Source of the DNA: an uncultured bacterium
GTDB lineage: Bacteria > AUK180
Reading direction: 5' to 3'
DNA: 64,000 nucleotides
Assembly (NCBI GenBank): GCA_937863565.1
Contig: CALMGJ010000028.1
Coordinates: 40,802 to 104,801 of the forward strand
The notes beneath the pieces were generated by a model. That model had not been told where the DNA came from. It did no database searches and saw nothing but the letters and a program-made list of their open reading frames with translations. The position numbers and the translations under genes were made by a program. Below, in pieces: positions 18,622 to 28,671 of the stretch. Every line of letters begins with the position of its first letter. Position 1 is the first letter of the stretch.

Positions 18622-19606
18622 TCTCCGTCTCCTTTGAAAGGCGGCTTACCAGTTCTGCGCGGTCCTTCCAGCCAAGTTTATTAAAGATCTCCGCCGCTTT
18701 AGCCAGATTGTCTTTTCCGGTCATCTTGCCCGTCATCCGGAAAAGTTTTTCCGCATATTTTTCCGCTTTCTTTATTTTATCGGATTCGATGATTGTCTGA
18801 ATTAAGTTAATAAAACTCTCTTCCTCGCCGCTGCGGTCGTTTATCTCGTGCCTGATATGAACCGCTTTCTCAAGAAAAGAAACAGCATCGGACGAGTTCC
18901 CGGAAAGGGCAAGCAATCGCCCGAGATTATTGAGATTCACAGCCTGTCCGTACTTGTCCCCTATCCTGATTCTGATTTCAAGCGATCTTTTAAAACAACC
19001 GATAGCCCCTTTATAATCCTTTTTTAAATAACACAGATAACCGACATTATTACAGTTGCTTGCTTCACCCTTCAAATCCCTATATTTCACACATATCGTA
19101 AGGGAATCGCTAAAACACTCATGTGCAGATGAATAATCCCTGAGAATATTGTAAATAACGCCCTTATTATTCAGTATTAAAGCCGCTGTTTCCGGATCAT
19201 GACTTTTCTTCGCGGCGGCATATGCTTCCGAATAACATTGAAGAGCCTTTTGATGAGCACCCAGTTTTTTATAAGCGACACCCAAAGAATTCAAGCAATT
19301 CACAGCACTCTTTTTCAATCCCGCTTTCTTCATAAGTGATAGGGCTGCTTCTTCTATTCTCAGCATTTCAGAATCTTTACCAAGAACCCCTTTTATATGA
19401 CCTATCTCCATCATACATACGGACTCGTTTATAGGATCATCGATCCTGCGCGATATCCTCAACGCTTTTTTCAAGTCTTCAAGAGCCCGGAAAGGTCTTC
19501 CCGTCAGTTTATACAAGTTGGCCCGCATTCTGAGAGCACGGCAGTATGTTTTAAGGTCTTTTATCTTATATTTATTTTTCAACGGGACCAGCGGACGACA
19601 AGGCAT
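18611..19606 (-). CDS. TPR-repeat protein
   Basis: TPR units throughout. Confidence 0.8.
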   Translation of the reverse strand: MPCRPLVPLKNKYKIKDLKTYCRALRMRANLYKLTGRPFRALEDLKKALRISRRIDDPINESVCMMEIGHIKGVLGKDSEMLRIEEAALSLMKKAGLKKSAVNCLNSLGVAYKKLGAHQKALQCYSEAYAAAKKSHDPETAALILNNKGVIYNILRDYSSAHECFSDSLTICVKYRDLKGEASNCNNVGYLCYLKKDYKGAIGCFKRSLEIRIRIGDKYGQAVNLNNLGRLLALSGNSSDAVSFLEKAVHIRHEINDRSGEEESFINLIQTIIESDKIKKAEKYAEKLFRMTGKMTGKDNLAKAAEIFNKLGWKDRAELVSRLSKETENGK

Positions 19607-19646
19607 AGATCAGCCGAAACCGATATATATTTGAGAGAAAAGCCCG

Positions 19647-20309
19647 TTAGATTTTCACGCATGTAAAAACGGCCGTATTATCCCATTGTTTCCTTATTTC
19701 TGCAATTTTAAATCCTGCCTCCAAGAATAACCGGATCTGCGTATCATTTGACAATGGCGTATCATAATGATATAAACCTGTAGAAATATTATTCGCTTTT
19801 CTTATTCTCTCACTTTCTTTTTGAAAATAAACTTCTTTATCTTTAGTCCGAACGGTATAATCGCCTTCAATATATACGGCATTCGGTTTTAGGGAATTAT
19901 ATATCTTCTTATAGAGCGATAATTTAGAGTCCGGACTGAAATGATGAAGCGAGTATGTTGAAATTGCCCAGTCATATTTCGAGAAGCCGTATTCAACATC
20001 GAAGTATGAGGCACACATTATATGGAGTTGATCTTTCTTTTCCTTGAATTTTTCCAATAGTTTTTCCAGCATTTTATCTGAAATGTCGATGCAGGTAATT
20101 TGAGCATTTGGGGCCGAAAGAAAAATATTTGAAATTTCCAGGCCCGTGCCGCAGCCGATATCTAATATTTGAGCGTTTGGCGGTCCTTTGGGGAAGTACT
20201 CGGCGATAGCATCATAAAATTCCCGAAGATTTAATTCTTCCAGCATATGCAGATCATATGTCTGAGCCCGAGAATTAAAAAAATCCTTCATCTCTTCCGG
20301 TTTTTCCAT
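19647..20309 (-). CDS. class I SAM-dependent methyltransferase
   Basis: ILDIGCGTGLE motif I; ATG at 20307-20309 with GGAGG RBS preferred over track start 20399. Confidence 0.75.
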   Translation of the reverse strand: MEKPEEMKDFFNSRAQTYDLHMLEELNLREFYDAIAEYFPKGPPNAQILDIGCGTGLEISNIFLSAPNAQITCIDISDKMLEKLLEKFKEKKDQLHIMCASYFDVEYGFSKYDWAISTYSLHHFSPDSKLSLYKKIYNSLKPNAVYIEGDYTVRTKDKEVYFQKESERIRKANNISTGLYHYDTPLSNDTQIRLFLEAGFKIAEIRKQWDNTAVFTCVKI

Positions 20310-20355
20310 CTTTTCCTCCTTCAGCCCCGCCAGAATGTACAACGGAATAATACCC

Positions 20356-21072
20356 TCAGAAGACACCGGGGAGCAACCGGTAACGCACACGGCGAACATA
20401 ATCCCGATACCCCGGCAATTCTTCCTGTAAAGTCTTATCTTCCAGAGCGGTCCTTATCACGGCAATGATCAGAGCTGCTATCACCGGAATGATCGTCCAA
20501 ACTGAGCTTAAAGCCAGCACAATGCCCGGCAGTGCCAGGAGATTTCCGGCATAGCCCGGATGTCTTACGATCCGATACGGGCCAGTATCACATACCATAT
20601 GTCCCCGGTCAGTCTGTATGCGCACTACGCTTGAGAAGAAGCGGTTCTCTATTAAAGCCCATCCGGCGAAAGAGTATCCGAATACGATCAGGATGAAGCC
20701 CGGGATATTGAGCCATATCGGGAATACGGGTGACCAACCGAAGCGGTGATCTAATCCTGCCACAATAAATAATGGAAAAGATATACTTACCGCCATTAAT
20801 GGAGAAAGCACTTTATCCCACGATTTCACATCCTGAGCTTTTCCGAATTTACTTCGTTCTGCCATCAATCCGGGATGCCTTTTTTCTGCCCGGATACGCG
20901 GACCTATGCCTGCTGCGATTATCAGGGCCGAATAAAACCACCCCTGCCACCAACCGGGATCCCGTCCGCATATCAAGAGAACCGGCGGTATGAGGAGATA
21001 TGTTATTATTACAGCCAAATATTTAGGGTTTGCTGTATTAAACGTATTTGGGTTAATTGTATTAGACATCAT
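20356..21072 (-). CDS. isoprenylcysteine carboxyl methyltransferase (ICMT/PEMT) family membrane protein
   Basis: multiple TM helices; RIVRHPGYAGN motif. Confidence 0.7.
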   Translation of the reverse strand: MMSNTINPNTFNTANPKYLAVIITYLLIPPVLLICGRDPGWWQGWFYSALIIAAGIGPRIRAEKRHPGLMAERSKFGKAQDVKSWDKVLSPLMAVSISFPLFIVAGLDHRFGWSPVFPIWLNIPGFILIVFGYSFAGWALIENRFFSSVVRIQTDRGHMVCDTGPYRIVRHPGYAGNLLALPGIVLALSSVWTIIPVIAALIIAVIRTALEDKTLQEELPGYRDYVRRVRYRLLPGVF

Positions 21073-21147
21073 ATTTAATCCCTCCCTTTTTCCGCTGCTT
21101 TCATCGGTATCCCGATGCGGATATCCTGCCTCATTTTCTCAAACGAT

Positions 21148-22221
21148 CTATTGAACGTTCGTTGCCCTACCGGCTGGCATCAATACTCCGGTTTCATCGA
21201 TGATTATTCCGTTTTCCGGGATGTCCTCATCTGTAAGTTTGATGATCTCCTTAAGCGCGGTATTCCCATCATCGGCGACCGGAATGCCCCGGCCGATCTG
21301 TTTTATGGATATGATATTGCCCTCTATGAACTCTCCCCGGGCATTTAATTTCGCTTTGAGTATCGGGGCCACGCCATTAGAGCCCTGCAGATTGAACCTT
21401 CCGTATGTGCAGAAATTGCCCAGACTGTATGCGATCAGGCGGCCTTTATAGACCTCCACTGCTCTTGAGACATGAGGGCCGTGGCCGAGTACAAGGTCCG
21501 CGCCGGCATCTACCGCGAGATGCGCGAATTCGTTTACATTCCCTCTGTATTCGGAGAAATAGTATTCCTTCTTTCCGGTGACATGCCTGTATTTGCTGCC
21601 TTCCCCGCCGCCGTGGAACGATACGATTACGATATCGTTCTCCTGTTTCAGTGCAGAGATCATCTTTGCGGCGCAGGGATAATCGTTCATATTATTGGTT
21701 CTTCTGTTCGGCGAGAATGCGATAAAGCCTATTTTCAATCCATTCGCTTCGAATTCACAGAAAGGTATATCCTCCGTGCCGGCATAATTGAACCCGTTAG
21801 CTTCAAGAGTTTTTACGGTTGTCCGCATGCCTTCTTCGCCGAAATCCCATATATGGTTATTGGCGATGCTGAGAAGACTGAAACCCGCATCCGAAATGAT
21901 CTTCCCGAAGCTCTCCGGCATTTTGAACACATAGCAGGCGCTCTTCTCCCTTCCCCGGCATTTTTTCGATTCGATCCTTTTGTCGCAGAGCGTGCCCTCA
22001 AGGTTCCCGAACACTATATCCGCTTCAAGATAATCTTTTACACCGTTAAAAATATCCTTGCCGCTATCAGGCGGGAGATAGGATCTGTTCGGATACCATG
22101 TTCCGATCATGATATCGCCGACAGCACTGATCGTTATCGCAGGCGTATCTCCGCCTTGATAAGAGTATCCGAAAGTGATCGAGGAAAAAAGAATGAGAAA
22201 TAGAACGGAAAATACTCTCAT
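21148..22221 (-). CDS. CapA/PgsA-family metallophosphatase-like protein
   Basis: signal peptide; GNLEG, ANNH, SFHGGGEG, GHGPHV motifs. Confidence 0.75.
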   Translation of the reverse strand: MRVFSVLFLILFSSITFGYSYQGGDTPAITISAVGDIMIGTWYPNRSYLPPDSGKDIFNGVKDYLEADIVFGNLEGTLCDKRIESKKCRGREKSACYVFKMPESFGKIISDAGFSLLSIANNHIWDFGEEGMRTTVKTLEANGFNYAGTEDIPFCEFEANGLKIGFIAFSPNRRTNNMNDYPCAAKMISALKQENDIVIVSFHGGGEGSKYRHVTGKKEYYFSEYRGNVNEFAHLAVDAGADLVLGHGPHVSRAVEVYKGRLIAYSLGNFCTYGRFNLQGSNGVAPILKAKLNARGEFIEGNIISIKQIGRGIPVADDGNTALKEIIKLTDEDIPENGIIIDETGVLMPAGRATNVQ

Positions 22222-22320
22222 ATCAGTAAGTTATCATATTTTCCGGTGTTTTTCAAATCATCTTACCGGACAGCCGGCGCCGGCTTAAAGACCATGCCCG
22301 CTTAGTATCAATTAAATACT

Positions 22321-22482
22321 ACTCAGAGATGAAATGAATAACAGCATGCAAAAGCGCAAATAGAAGCGCAAGCGCACCGGATATCTTATGGAGTTTCAGT
22401 TTCCACTTCATTAGTCCGCTCAAACCGGTTAGAATGATGAATACTAAAGTAAGAATACCCGCAAGGCCGAAGATCCTGTTCA
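22321..22482 (-). CDS. putative small hydrophobic protein (about 53 aa), not in ORF track
   Basis: ATG at 22480-22482 preceded by AGGAG (5-nt spacer); hand translation MNRIFGLAGILTLVFIILTGLSGLMKWKLKLHKISGALALLFALLHAVIHFISE; stop followed by GC-rich palindrome AGCCGGCGCCGGCT. Confidence 0.35.
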
Positions 22483-22497
22483 TGGTCACTCCTATTA

Positions 22498-22974
22498 TTA
22501 CCTGTTAAGTTCTTTGAGAACGCCGAGAAGTTCCTTGACATCCGGAACTTCTTTGATCGGATATATCTTGTAGAATAGTATCCTCCTTTTTTCACCTACG
22601 ATAACATTCGCTCTCTGCGAGAATCCCTTTTCATCATCAAAAAGACGGAGTTTTTTGCTGAATTTCCCGTGAGGCCAGAAATCGGAAAGAAGAAGAAGTT
22701 TTTTCAATTTAAGATGTTCTGCCCATGCATGTTTGCACGGTACGGGGTCCACGGAAACGCCCAAAGGCAGGCAATCGAGTTTTAAAAACTCATCATAATT
22801 CTCTTCCAGCGACAGCATCTGGTCCGTGCATACTTTGGTCCAGGCCAAAGGATGGAAAGAGAAAAGGACAAAGCCCCCTTTATGTTCCGTGAGTCTGAAC
22901 TCTTTTGCATGATGGTCCGGAAGAATCGCCTGTTTTATCTCCTCCCCGACGGGGTTCTCAATTATCTTTTGCAT
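22498..22974 (-). CDS. peroxiredoxin-like thioredoxin-fold protein (AhpC/TSA family)
   Basis: FHPLAWTKVCT resembles the Prx F.P..FT.VC active-site motif. Confidence 0.6.
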   Translation of the reverse strand: MQKIIENPVGEEIKQAILPDHHAKEFRLTEHKGGFVLFSFHPLAWTKVCTDQMLSLEENYDEFLKLDCLPLGVSVDPVPCKHAWAEHLKLKKLLLLSDFWPHGKFSKKLRLFDDEKGFSQRANVIVGEKRRILFYKIYPIKEVPDVKELLGVLKELNR

Positions 22975-23001
22975 ATGAACTCCTTATATTGTTTCTTATG
23001 T

Positions 23002-24552
23002 TTAAAGACATCGGGTCCGCAGATCCTCGACTTTTTTCAAATAACGCCTGTTCCCTGTCTTGCGGAACGCTCCGCTTGCTTTTCTAAGAAAGGCGAGCGT
23101 GTCATTCTTTCTGCCCTTAAAGAAAGCATATTCCGCATAATGATAGAAGGCCTTTGCAAGTTCGAAAGAACGTTTGATGTCGGAATAGATTTCGAACGCT
23201 TTGCGGAAGCACCGATCGGCCGCCCCGGCATCCTCTGAAGGCAACTTGGACAATGACCGGGCTTTTATAAGAAGGGCGTCCGCCATACCTATTTTGGATT
23301 TTATACCGGCGGAGATATCGTATGCTTTCTCTGCGCTTTCAAGCGCTTCGTCGTACCTGCCGAGCGCGATCGACAAAGAAGCTTTGCACAGTTCGTATTT
23401 CCTTGCGGAATCCGCGGACGGGCTTCCGCTCATAAGATTCCCCGCCATATCCAGATATTCTCCCGCCTCTTTAAGTCTGTTCATTTCGATCAACACGGAA
23501 CAAAGACTTATCGCGCAACTGCACTTTTCCCTTTCGGAGCGAAGCTCCTCAGATATGTTCATCGAACGCTTAAAACACTCCATCGCCTCCTCAAGATCGC
23601 CGAGCCTGTTATTGAGGTGGCCCATGTTCTCGAGCGTAGCCGCTTCCCCCTTTCTATCGCCGATCCTTTCTTTCATTTCCAGTGAAGCAGAAAAACATTC
23701 CAGTGTCGTTCTGTACTTTCCCAGAGCATAGCAGATGACGCCGATATTATTGTATGAAACAGAAAGGGAACTTCTGTCGCCGATCTCGATGAAGATATCC
23801 CTTGCTTTATTGTGACATTCAAGGGCTTTTGAATAATTCCCCGCACGCTGGTAGAATCCTCCCAGGCGGGTATGGCACATCCCCTGCCCGTGTCTGTCCC
23901 CTATAGCGGTCCTTATCTCAAGCGCTTTCAAATAGTATTTGTACGCTTCTTCATTTTTCCCGATATATTCATTTGCATTGCCGATATTGTTCAAGCACAT
24001 CGCTTCCGTTTTCAGATCGGCGCTTTTTTTCGACAATTTCAGCGCACGCATGAAAAAAGCCATCGCACGCCCCGGATCCCCGATGCTCAGATAAGCCGTT
24101 GCGGCATTATTGAGGCTCTGTCCCTTTCCTGTAAGGTCCTTCTCCCGAAAAGTGCACGCTGCCTTAAGAAAATAACCAAGGGCTTTCCGGTGATCTCCGA
24201 ATCCGCTTTGAACCGCACCGAGATTGTTGTACGATTCTGCTGAGATCTTTCTGTTCCCTGTCTTTTGCGAGATCTTCAGCGCTTTTAATGCTCTGTTTTC
24301 CATATCGCCGTACATGCTCAGCGAGCCGTATACATTGCTTTGAAGAAGACAGGTAAGTGCGGCGTATTCCCTGTTGCGGACGGTTTTGGACAATTTTTCA
24401 GCGTTGTTCAGATCCGTTAAAGCATCGTGATTGCGCCCGATAAGCCCGTACACATCGGCCCTTCCGTGAAGGGCTTTTATAACAGTTTCCATCTTCCCGT
24501 TCTTTTTCTGTCCGGACAGGGACTTCATAGTGATTGAGCCTGTTTTCTCCAT
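23002..24552 (-). CDS. TPR-repeat protein
   Basis: tandem LxNIGxxYxxxGxYxxALxYYxxAL...IGDRxG units. Confidence 0.8.
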   Translation of the reverse strand: MEKTGSITMKSLSGQKKNGKMETVIKALHGRADVYGLIGRNHDALTDLNNAEKLSKTVRNREYAALTCLLQSNVYGSLSMYGDMENRALKALKISQKTGNRKISAESYNNLGAVQSGFGDHRKALGYFLKAACTFREKDLTGKGQSLNNAATAYLSIGDPGRAMAFFMRALKLSKKSADLKTEAMCLNNIGNANEYIGKNEEAYKYYLKALEIRTAIGDRHGQGMCHTRLGGFYQRAGNYSKALECHNKARDIFIEIGDRSSLSVSYNNIGVICYALGKYRTTLECFSASLEMKERIGDRKGEAATLENMGHLNNRLGDLEEAMECFKRSMNISEELRSEREKCSCAISLCSVLIEMNRLKEAGEYLDMAGNLMSGSPSADSARKYELCKASLSIALGRYDEALESAEKAYDISAGIKSKIGMADALLIKARSLSKLPSEDAGAADRCFRKAFEIYSDIKRSFELAKAFYHYAEYAFFKGRKNDTLAFLRKASGAFRKTGNRRYLKKVEDLRTRCL

Positions 24553-25931
24553 CTCATATTACCCAAACGGTTGAATAGTTCGATCGCTTTTTTCTTGAAT
24601 TCAATCATCTCATCCGTTTTTCCGCTTCTTTTCAGTTCTTCCGCAAAATAATAATAGCATCGCGCAAGTTCCTGCGGAGCATTCACCTTTTCCAGCGTAT
24701 CGCAGGCTTTTCTGAAATGGAGAGCGGCTTTTTCCATATCCCCTTTTTTTGACAGTATCCTTCCCCGGAAGGCCTCCGCCAGTCCTATCTGTTCTCCCTG
24801 GGCGAAAGACACTTCGAGCGGGGAGCACTTCTCCAGAAAAGCTGAAGCGGCAGCAAGATATGCCGGGTCGGGGACCTTGAGGCCGCAGTATGTCTCGATC
24901 TCGATCTCTGCAGCGGTCAGATACCCTTTCAACAGGTACTCTTTCGAGCCTATCGACTCCGCAAGACCGATAGCCTTTGTACAATGCAATCTGGCATTTT
25001 TAAAATCCTTTTTTTCCGATAATATGAGTGCAATGTTGCCGCTTGTTATCATCACTCCGAATCTGTCCCCCATCGCTTCTTTTATCCGGACCGATTCCTC
25101 ATAACACTCCACTGTCTTTTCGCTGCGGCCCAGATAGAAATATGTTCCGCCAAGATTGTTGAGCATGTGGGCTATTCCCTGCCTGTCTCCTATGATTCTC
25201 ATTATCTTCAAGGATTGCAGATAATACTTCAAAGCTGGACCGTACTCCCCCTTTGCGAAATGTACGCCTCCAATACCGGAGAGGCTGTTCGCCCGGCCGA
25301 GAGCATCCTGTATCCGTTCCTGGATCAAAAGCGCCTTTTTGTAGTGTTCGAGCGCATCTTGCCTTTCGTTCATCTGAAAACGGACGTATCCGATTGCAAA
25401 AAGCGTGACCCCTTCCTGGTACGCATCGCCGAGCATTCTGCTTTTAACGAGCGAGCGGCCGAAGTATTCAAGCGCTTTGTTCAGCTCTCCCCTTACGAAA
25501 TAGATATTCCCGATATTTTTAAGTATGCCGGCAGTCTTTGCCGCGTACTTCCTCCTGCTTTTAAATATATCGTAGGCCTTCAAAAGATATTTCAGCGCTT
25601 CCTCCGTTCTGGCTTTGTAGTAATAATAACGTCCCAGGGCATTAAGGCTCGCTCCCATACCTTCCGCATCCTTGAGCGCGGTGTAATTCTTTAGAGTTTT
25701 TTCCGAAATGGAAAGGAATTCCTCCCATTCGCCGCAGGAAGAATGAACTTCGGCCAAAACGAGAAGAAGAGACAGTTTTAATGCCTTGTTGCGGGAATCT
25801 TCAAGAACGGATATGCCGGCATTGATCACTTCTTTCGCCTCGGCAGTTCTGCCGATCCGGGAAAGAAGCTGGGTTTTATTGCGGAAAGCCGAAGCGGCAA
25901 GAGAATGTATCCGGCTCTCTGTAATGGTCAT
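24525..25931 (-). CDS. TPR-repeat protein
   Basis: TPR units; overlaps neighbours at both ends. Confidence 0.8.
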   Translation of the reverse strand: MTITESRIHSLAASAFRNKTQLLSRIGRTAEAKEVINAGISVLEDSRNKALKLSLLLVLAEVHSSCGEWEEFLSISEKTLKNYTALKDAEGMGASLNALGRYYYYKARTEEALKYLLKAYDIFKSRRKYAAKTAGILKNIGNIYFVRGELNKALEYFGRSLVKSRMLGDAYQEGVTLFAIGYVRFQMNERQDALEHYKKALLIQERIQDALGRANSLSGIGGVHFAKGEYGPALKYYLQSLKIMRIIGDRQGIAHMLNNLGGTYFYLGRSEKTVECYEESVRIKEAMGDRFGVMITSGNIALILSEKKDFKNARLHCTKAIGLAESIGSKEYLLKGYLTAAEIEIETYCGLKVPDPAYLAAASAFLEKCSPLEVSFAQGEQIGLAEAFRGRILSKKGDMEKAALHFRKACDTLEKVNAPQELARCYYYFAEELKRSGKTDEMIEFKKKAIELFNRLGNMRWRKQAQSL

Positions 25932-28069
25932 TTAAGAACGACCTTTCCTTCCTCGATAGTAACGGTTATCCTGTCATCCTTCGTCTCCACGATATAGTCA
26001 ACAAGCGCCGGCATGAGTTCGTTTTTAATAAAAATGTCCACAAACACGCCGAAATCCTTCGTCAGGGATTCTCCGGCGATATACTCAACTATTCCCGGCA
26101 AATACTCAAGTGTTCTTTTAAATTCGTTTTTTATCCGGTCCGAAACCTTGGCAAGTTTCGCCTCCGTAACGGACTTCATGGAATCCTTGTCCAAGGCAGT
26201 GAATTCAATGATCTCGTCCACGGCCGGTAATACGGCTTCAAAAGCGGCAGAGAGGGATGTTCCGCCTTCGTCGCTCTTTCCCTGCAGAAATCCCATAGAT
26301 GGCCTTGCACTCTTCCCCGACGCCGCCATGAAGACCACGGTAATCGAAGAAAGGTAATGCTGTCTTCCTATGGCATCTGAGAAATTCCCTCTTTGCAAGG
26401 CCTCTGAAATGAAATTGACAATGAAAGGATGCGCACTTTCAAGGCCTGTGAAAACGATGATCGAATGGGGATTGTCATCCACCGTTTTCACTAAAAACCC
26501 TCTCTCGCCGTAACCGACATAACCGGGCGGCGAACCGATCATCTTAGCGATATAATGCGGCTCATTGTATCCGGACAGGTCGATCTCGCAGACCTTGTCC
26601 TGCCTTCCGAAGAGAAATTCCGCAAGGGAAAATACCATTTCACTTTTTCCCGTTCCGGACGGACCGGTAAAAATAAAAACGCCGTCCGGACGGGCCGGAT
26701 TCGGATCAAGCTCGAGCTTGGTGATCCTGAGTATCCTGCATAGTTTATTGATCGCCTGTTCCTGCCCGAACACTTTATGTTTCAGATATAGAGGCAGCGT
26801 AGAATAGTAAACTTTCGCATCCCTCTTAAAGGCACCTGGCGGCAGGCCGGTTATCTCGGATACGGTCATCCTTACCGTTTCAAGGTCCAGAGCATCCATC
26901 ATTCTTGATGCGGCTTTCGCACATGAACGGTCCAGAAGATCGATCGCTTTATCCGGAAAAGCCCTCTGCGGAATGTATAAGCGAGAAAGCGTGATTATCT
27001 CGGGAAGGAGTTTATCCTCGATTTTAAGCTTGTGATGCTTTTCGAATTTATCCTTGATCCTCTTCAGTATCACTTCAAGAGTATCCGCATCAGGTTCATT
27101 GAGAAGAATCGGATTGAACCGTCTGGAAAGAGCTTCGTCATTGACAAAATATTTATAATACTCGTCCGAGGTCGTTGCTCCGATCACTGTGATCTCATTA
27201 TTGCCCAGAGCAGCTTTAAGGAGATTGGCCACATCACCTTGTCCCTCAGGCCCGCCGGCGGCAAAGAGAGTGTGTATCTCGTCAAAGAAAAGTATGACAT
27301 GCTTGCCTGCGTTCTTTACGGCGCCTATGAGTTCCTTGATCCTTCTTTCCGTATCCCCGATATATTTGACATTGGCCAAAAGGAGGTTGCGGTCCACTTC
27401 ATATATGATGACATCCTTTAGACGCAACGGTACATCTTCCTGTTCTATTCTTTCCGCTACAGCACGAATGACCGCGGTTTTCCCTACTCCCGCACGGCCG
27501 AGGATCAGGGGGTTATTCTTGAGGAACCTGCACAGCGTCTCGAGAATGCATTCTATTTCCGCATCTCTACCTATCACGGGAAGATAATCCCCTCTTTTGA
27601 CATCCTCGTTGAGGTTCCTTCCGAATGCGTCCAGAACACTTTTTACATCCGGAGGAAGCGCATAAGATACTTTTGCCTGCGCACTCTTGTCCTGTTTTAT
27701 GTTTTCGAGGAATGAAAGACCCGGATCGCCCTTATAAAAGGCTTCGGCCAGATCGGAGAGATCGGCCTTCTCCTTTTGCTTACTGATGGCTATATCGACG
27801 GCATTGTTCAGGATCGCTTGAACGTCTTTGGAGACCGTAAGAGATTCTCCCGCACCTTTCAGAGGCTCCATTCTTCTCTTTTTCTCCTGATAATGGACTT
27901 CCATGGCGGGATCGCCGTCTTTGAGTTTTTCCAGAAGCGTCAGAAGCAGGACGGAAGCATTGAGCACTCCGCAGTAGCGGCAAGCCATTGATTTCGCCTG
28001 TTCGAAAATGAAGAGGACTTCATTCGAAAGAGCGCTTAAGATAGCTTCTTTTTTGCGGAGTTCACCCAT
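25928..28069 (-). CDS. ClpA/ClpB-family double-AAA+ ATPase with degenerate D2 Walker B
   Basis: D1: GRAGVGKT Walker A, ILFFDEIHTL Walker B. D2: GPSGTGKSE Walker A but IIVFTGLESAHP where hhhhDEIEKAHP is expected. 713 aa, no obvious middle coiled-coil. Confidence 0.75.
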   Translation of the reverse strand: MGELRKKEAILSALSNEVLFIFEQAKSMACRYCGVLNASVLLLTLLEKLKDGDPAMEVHYQEKKRRMEPLKGAGESLTVSKDVQAILNNAVDIAISKQKEKADLSDLAEAFYKGDPGLSFLENIKQDKSAQAKVSYALPPDVKSVLDAFGRNLNEDVKRGDYLPVIGRDAEIECILETLCRFLKNNPLILGRAGVGKTAVIRAVAERIEQEDVPLRLKDVIIYEVDRNLLLANVKYIGDTERRIKELIGAVKNAGKHVILFFDEIHTLFAAGGPEGQGDVANLLKAALGNNEITVIGATTSDEYYKYFVNDEALSRRFNPILLNEPDADTLEVILKRIKDKFEKHHKLKIEDKLLPEIITLSRLYIPQRAFPDKAIDLLDRSCAKAASRMMDALDLETVRMTVSEITGLPPGAFKRDAKVYYSTLPLYLKHKVFGQEQAINKLCRILRITKLELDPNPARPDGVFIFTGPSGTGKSEMVFSLAEFLFGRQDKVCEIDLSGYNEPHYIAKMIGSPPGYVGYGERGFLVKTVDDNPHSIIVFTGLESAHPFIVNFISEALQRGNFSDAIGRQHYLSSITVVFMAASGKSARPSMGFLQGKSDEGGTSLSAAFEAVLPAVDEIIEFTALDKDSMKSVTEAKLAKVSDRIKNEFKRTLEYLPGIVEYIAGESLTKDFGVFVDIFIKNELMPALVDYIVETKDDRITVTIEEGKVVLK

Positions 28070-28600
28070 TTATTCCCATTTCTCCTTTTTGTCGAGATCG
28101 GTGAAATCAGTTTTCTTTTTCTGTCCTTCCAGCGATTGCTGAGTAGTAAGGCCGCCGAAATTCTGAACAATATAATCATCATTGCTGTCCGCGATAAGCG
28201 CAGCATTCTCGATCGCGTTCTCGAGCTCCTCCTTAGTTACTGTAGGACCGAAGATATCATAGAAAAAGACAACATTGCCGTATCCGGGTTTCTCCTTGTA
28301 TTCGTTGTAGCAGAGGCCGCCGAACATTATCTGGACATTCTTCGTTGCTATCCAGCTCAGCACCTCGGGCTTTTTAGGGGTTTGATACGTCAGCACCGCA
28401 GACACAGTAACGACGGATTGGGTATTCTTGTACATGTAAACATTGGTCTGCACATCGGTTGAGCCCCTGTACATGGCTAAAGTGAAATCATTCCCCTCCG
28501 CGTCCTTCAGAATCCCGACATTGCGTTCACCGTAAAGAAGCACGAGCATGTGTTTCACTTTTAAAAACACTTCCTTTTGCTGTTCATTCAGAAACGGCAT
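28070..28600 (-). CDS. uncharacterised small soluble protein, translationally coupled to the AAA+ ATPase (possibly YbjN-like; unverified)
   Basis: Stop TAA abuts ATPase ATG at 28067-28069; own GGGAGGG RBS upstream of ATG at 28600. Confidence 0.5.
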   Translation of the reverse strand: MPFLNEQQKEVFLKVKHMLVLLYGERNVGILKDAEGNDFTLAMYRGSTDVQTNVYMYKNTQSVVTVSAVLTYQTPKKPEVLSWIATKNVQIMFGGLCYNEYKEKPGYGNVVFFYDIFGPTVTKEELENAIENAALIADSNDDYIVQNFGGLTTQQSLEGQKKKTDFTDLDKKEKWE

Positions 28601-28671
28601 ACAACCCTCCCTTTTTTTTTATTATAACATAAACGCTTCAATTCAACAATCCCGGTCTGAAGCCGCTGTTT

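Noticed and set aside
22386-22595. 69-aa minus-strand ORF from the track
   Set aside because: Overlaps the peroxiredoxin 3' end and has a basic low-complexity translation; the in-frame small hydrophobic ORF at 22321-22482 with an AGGAG RBS fits better.
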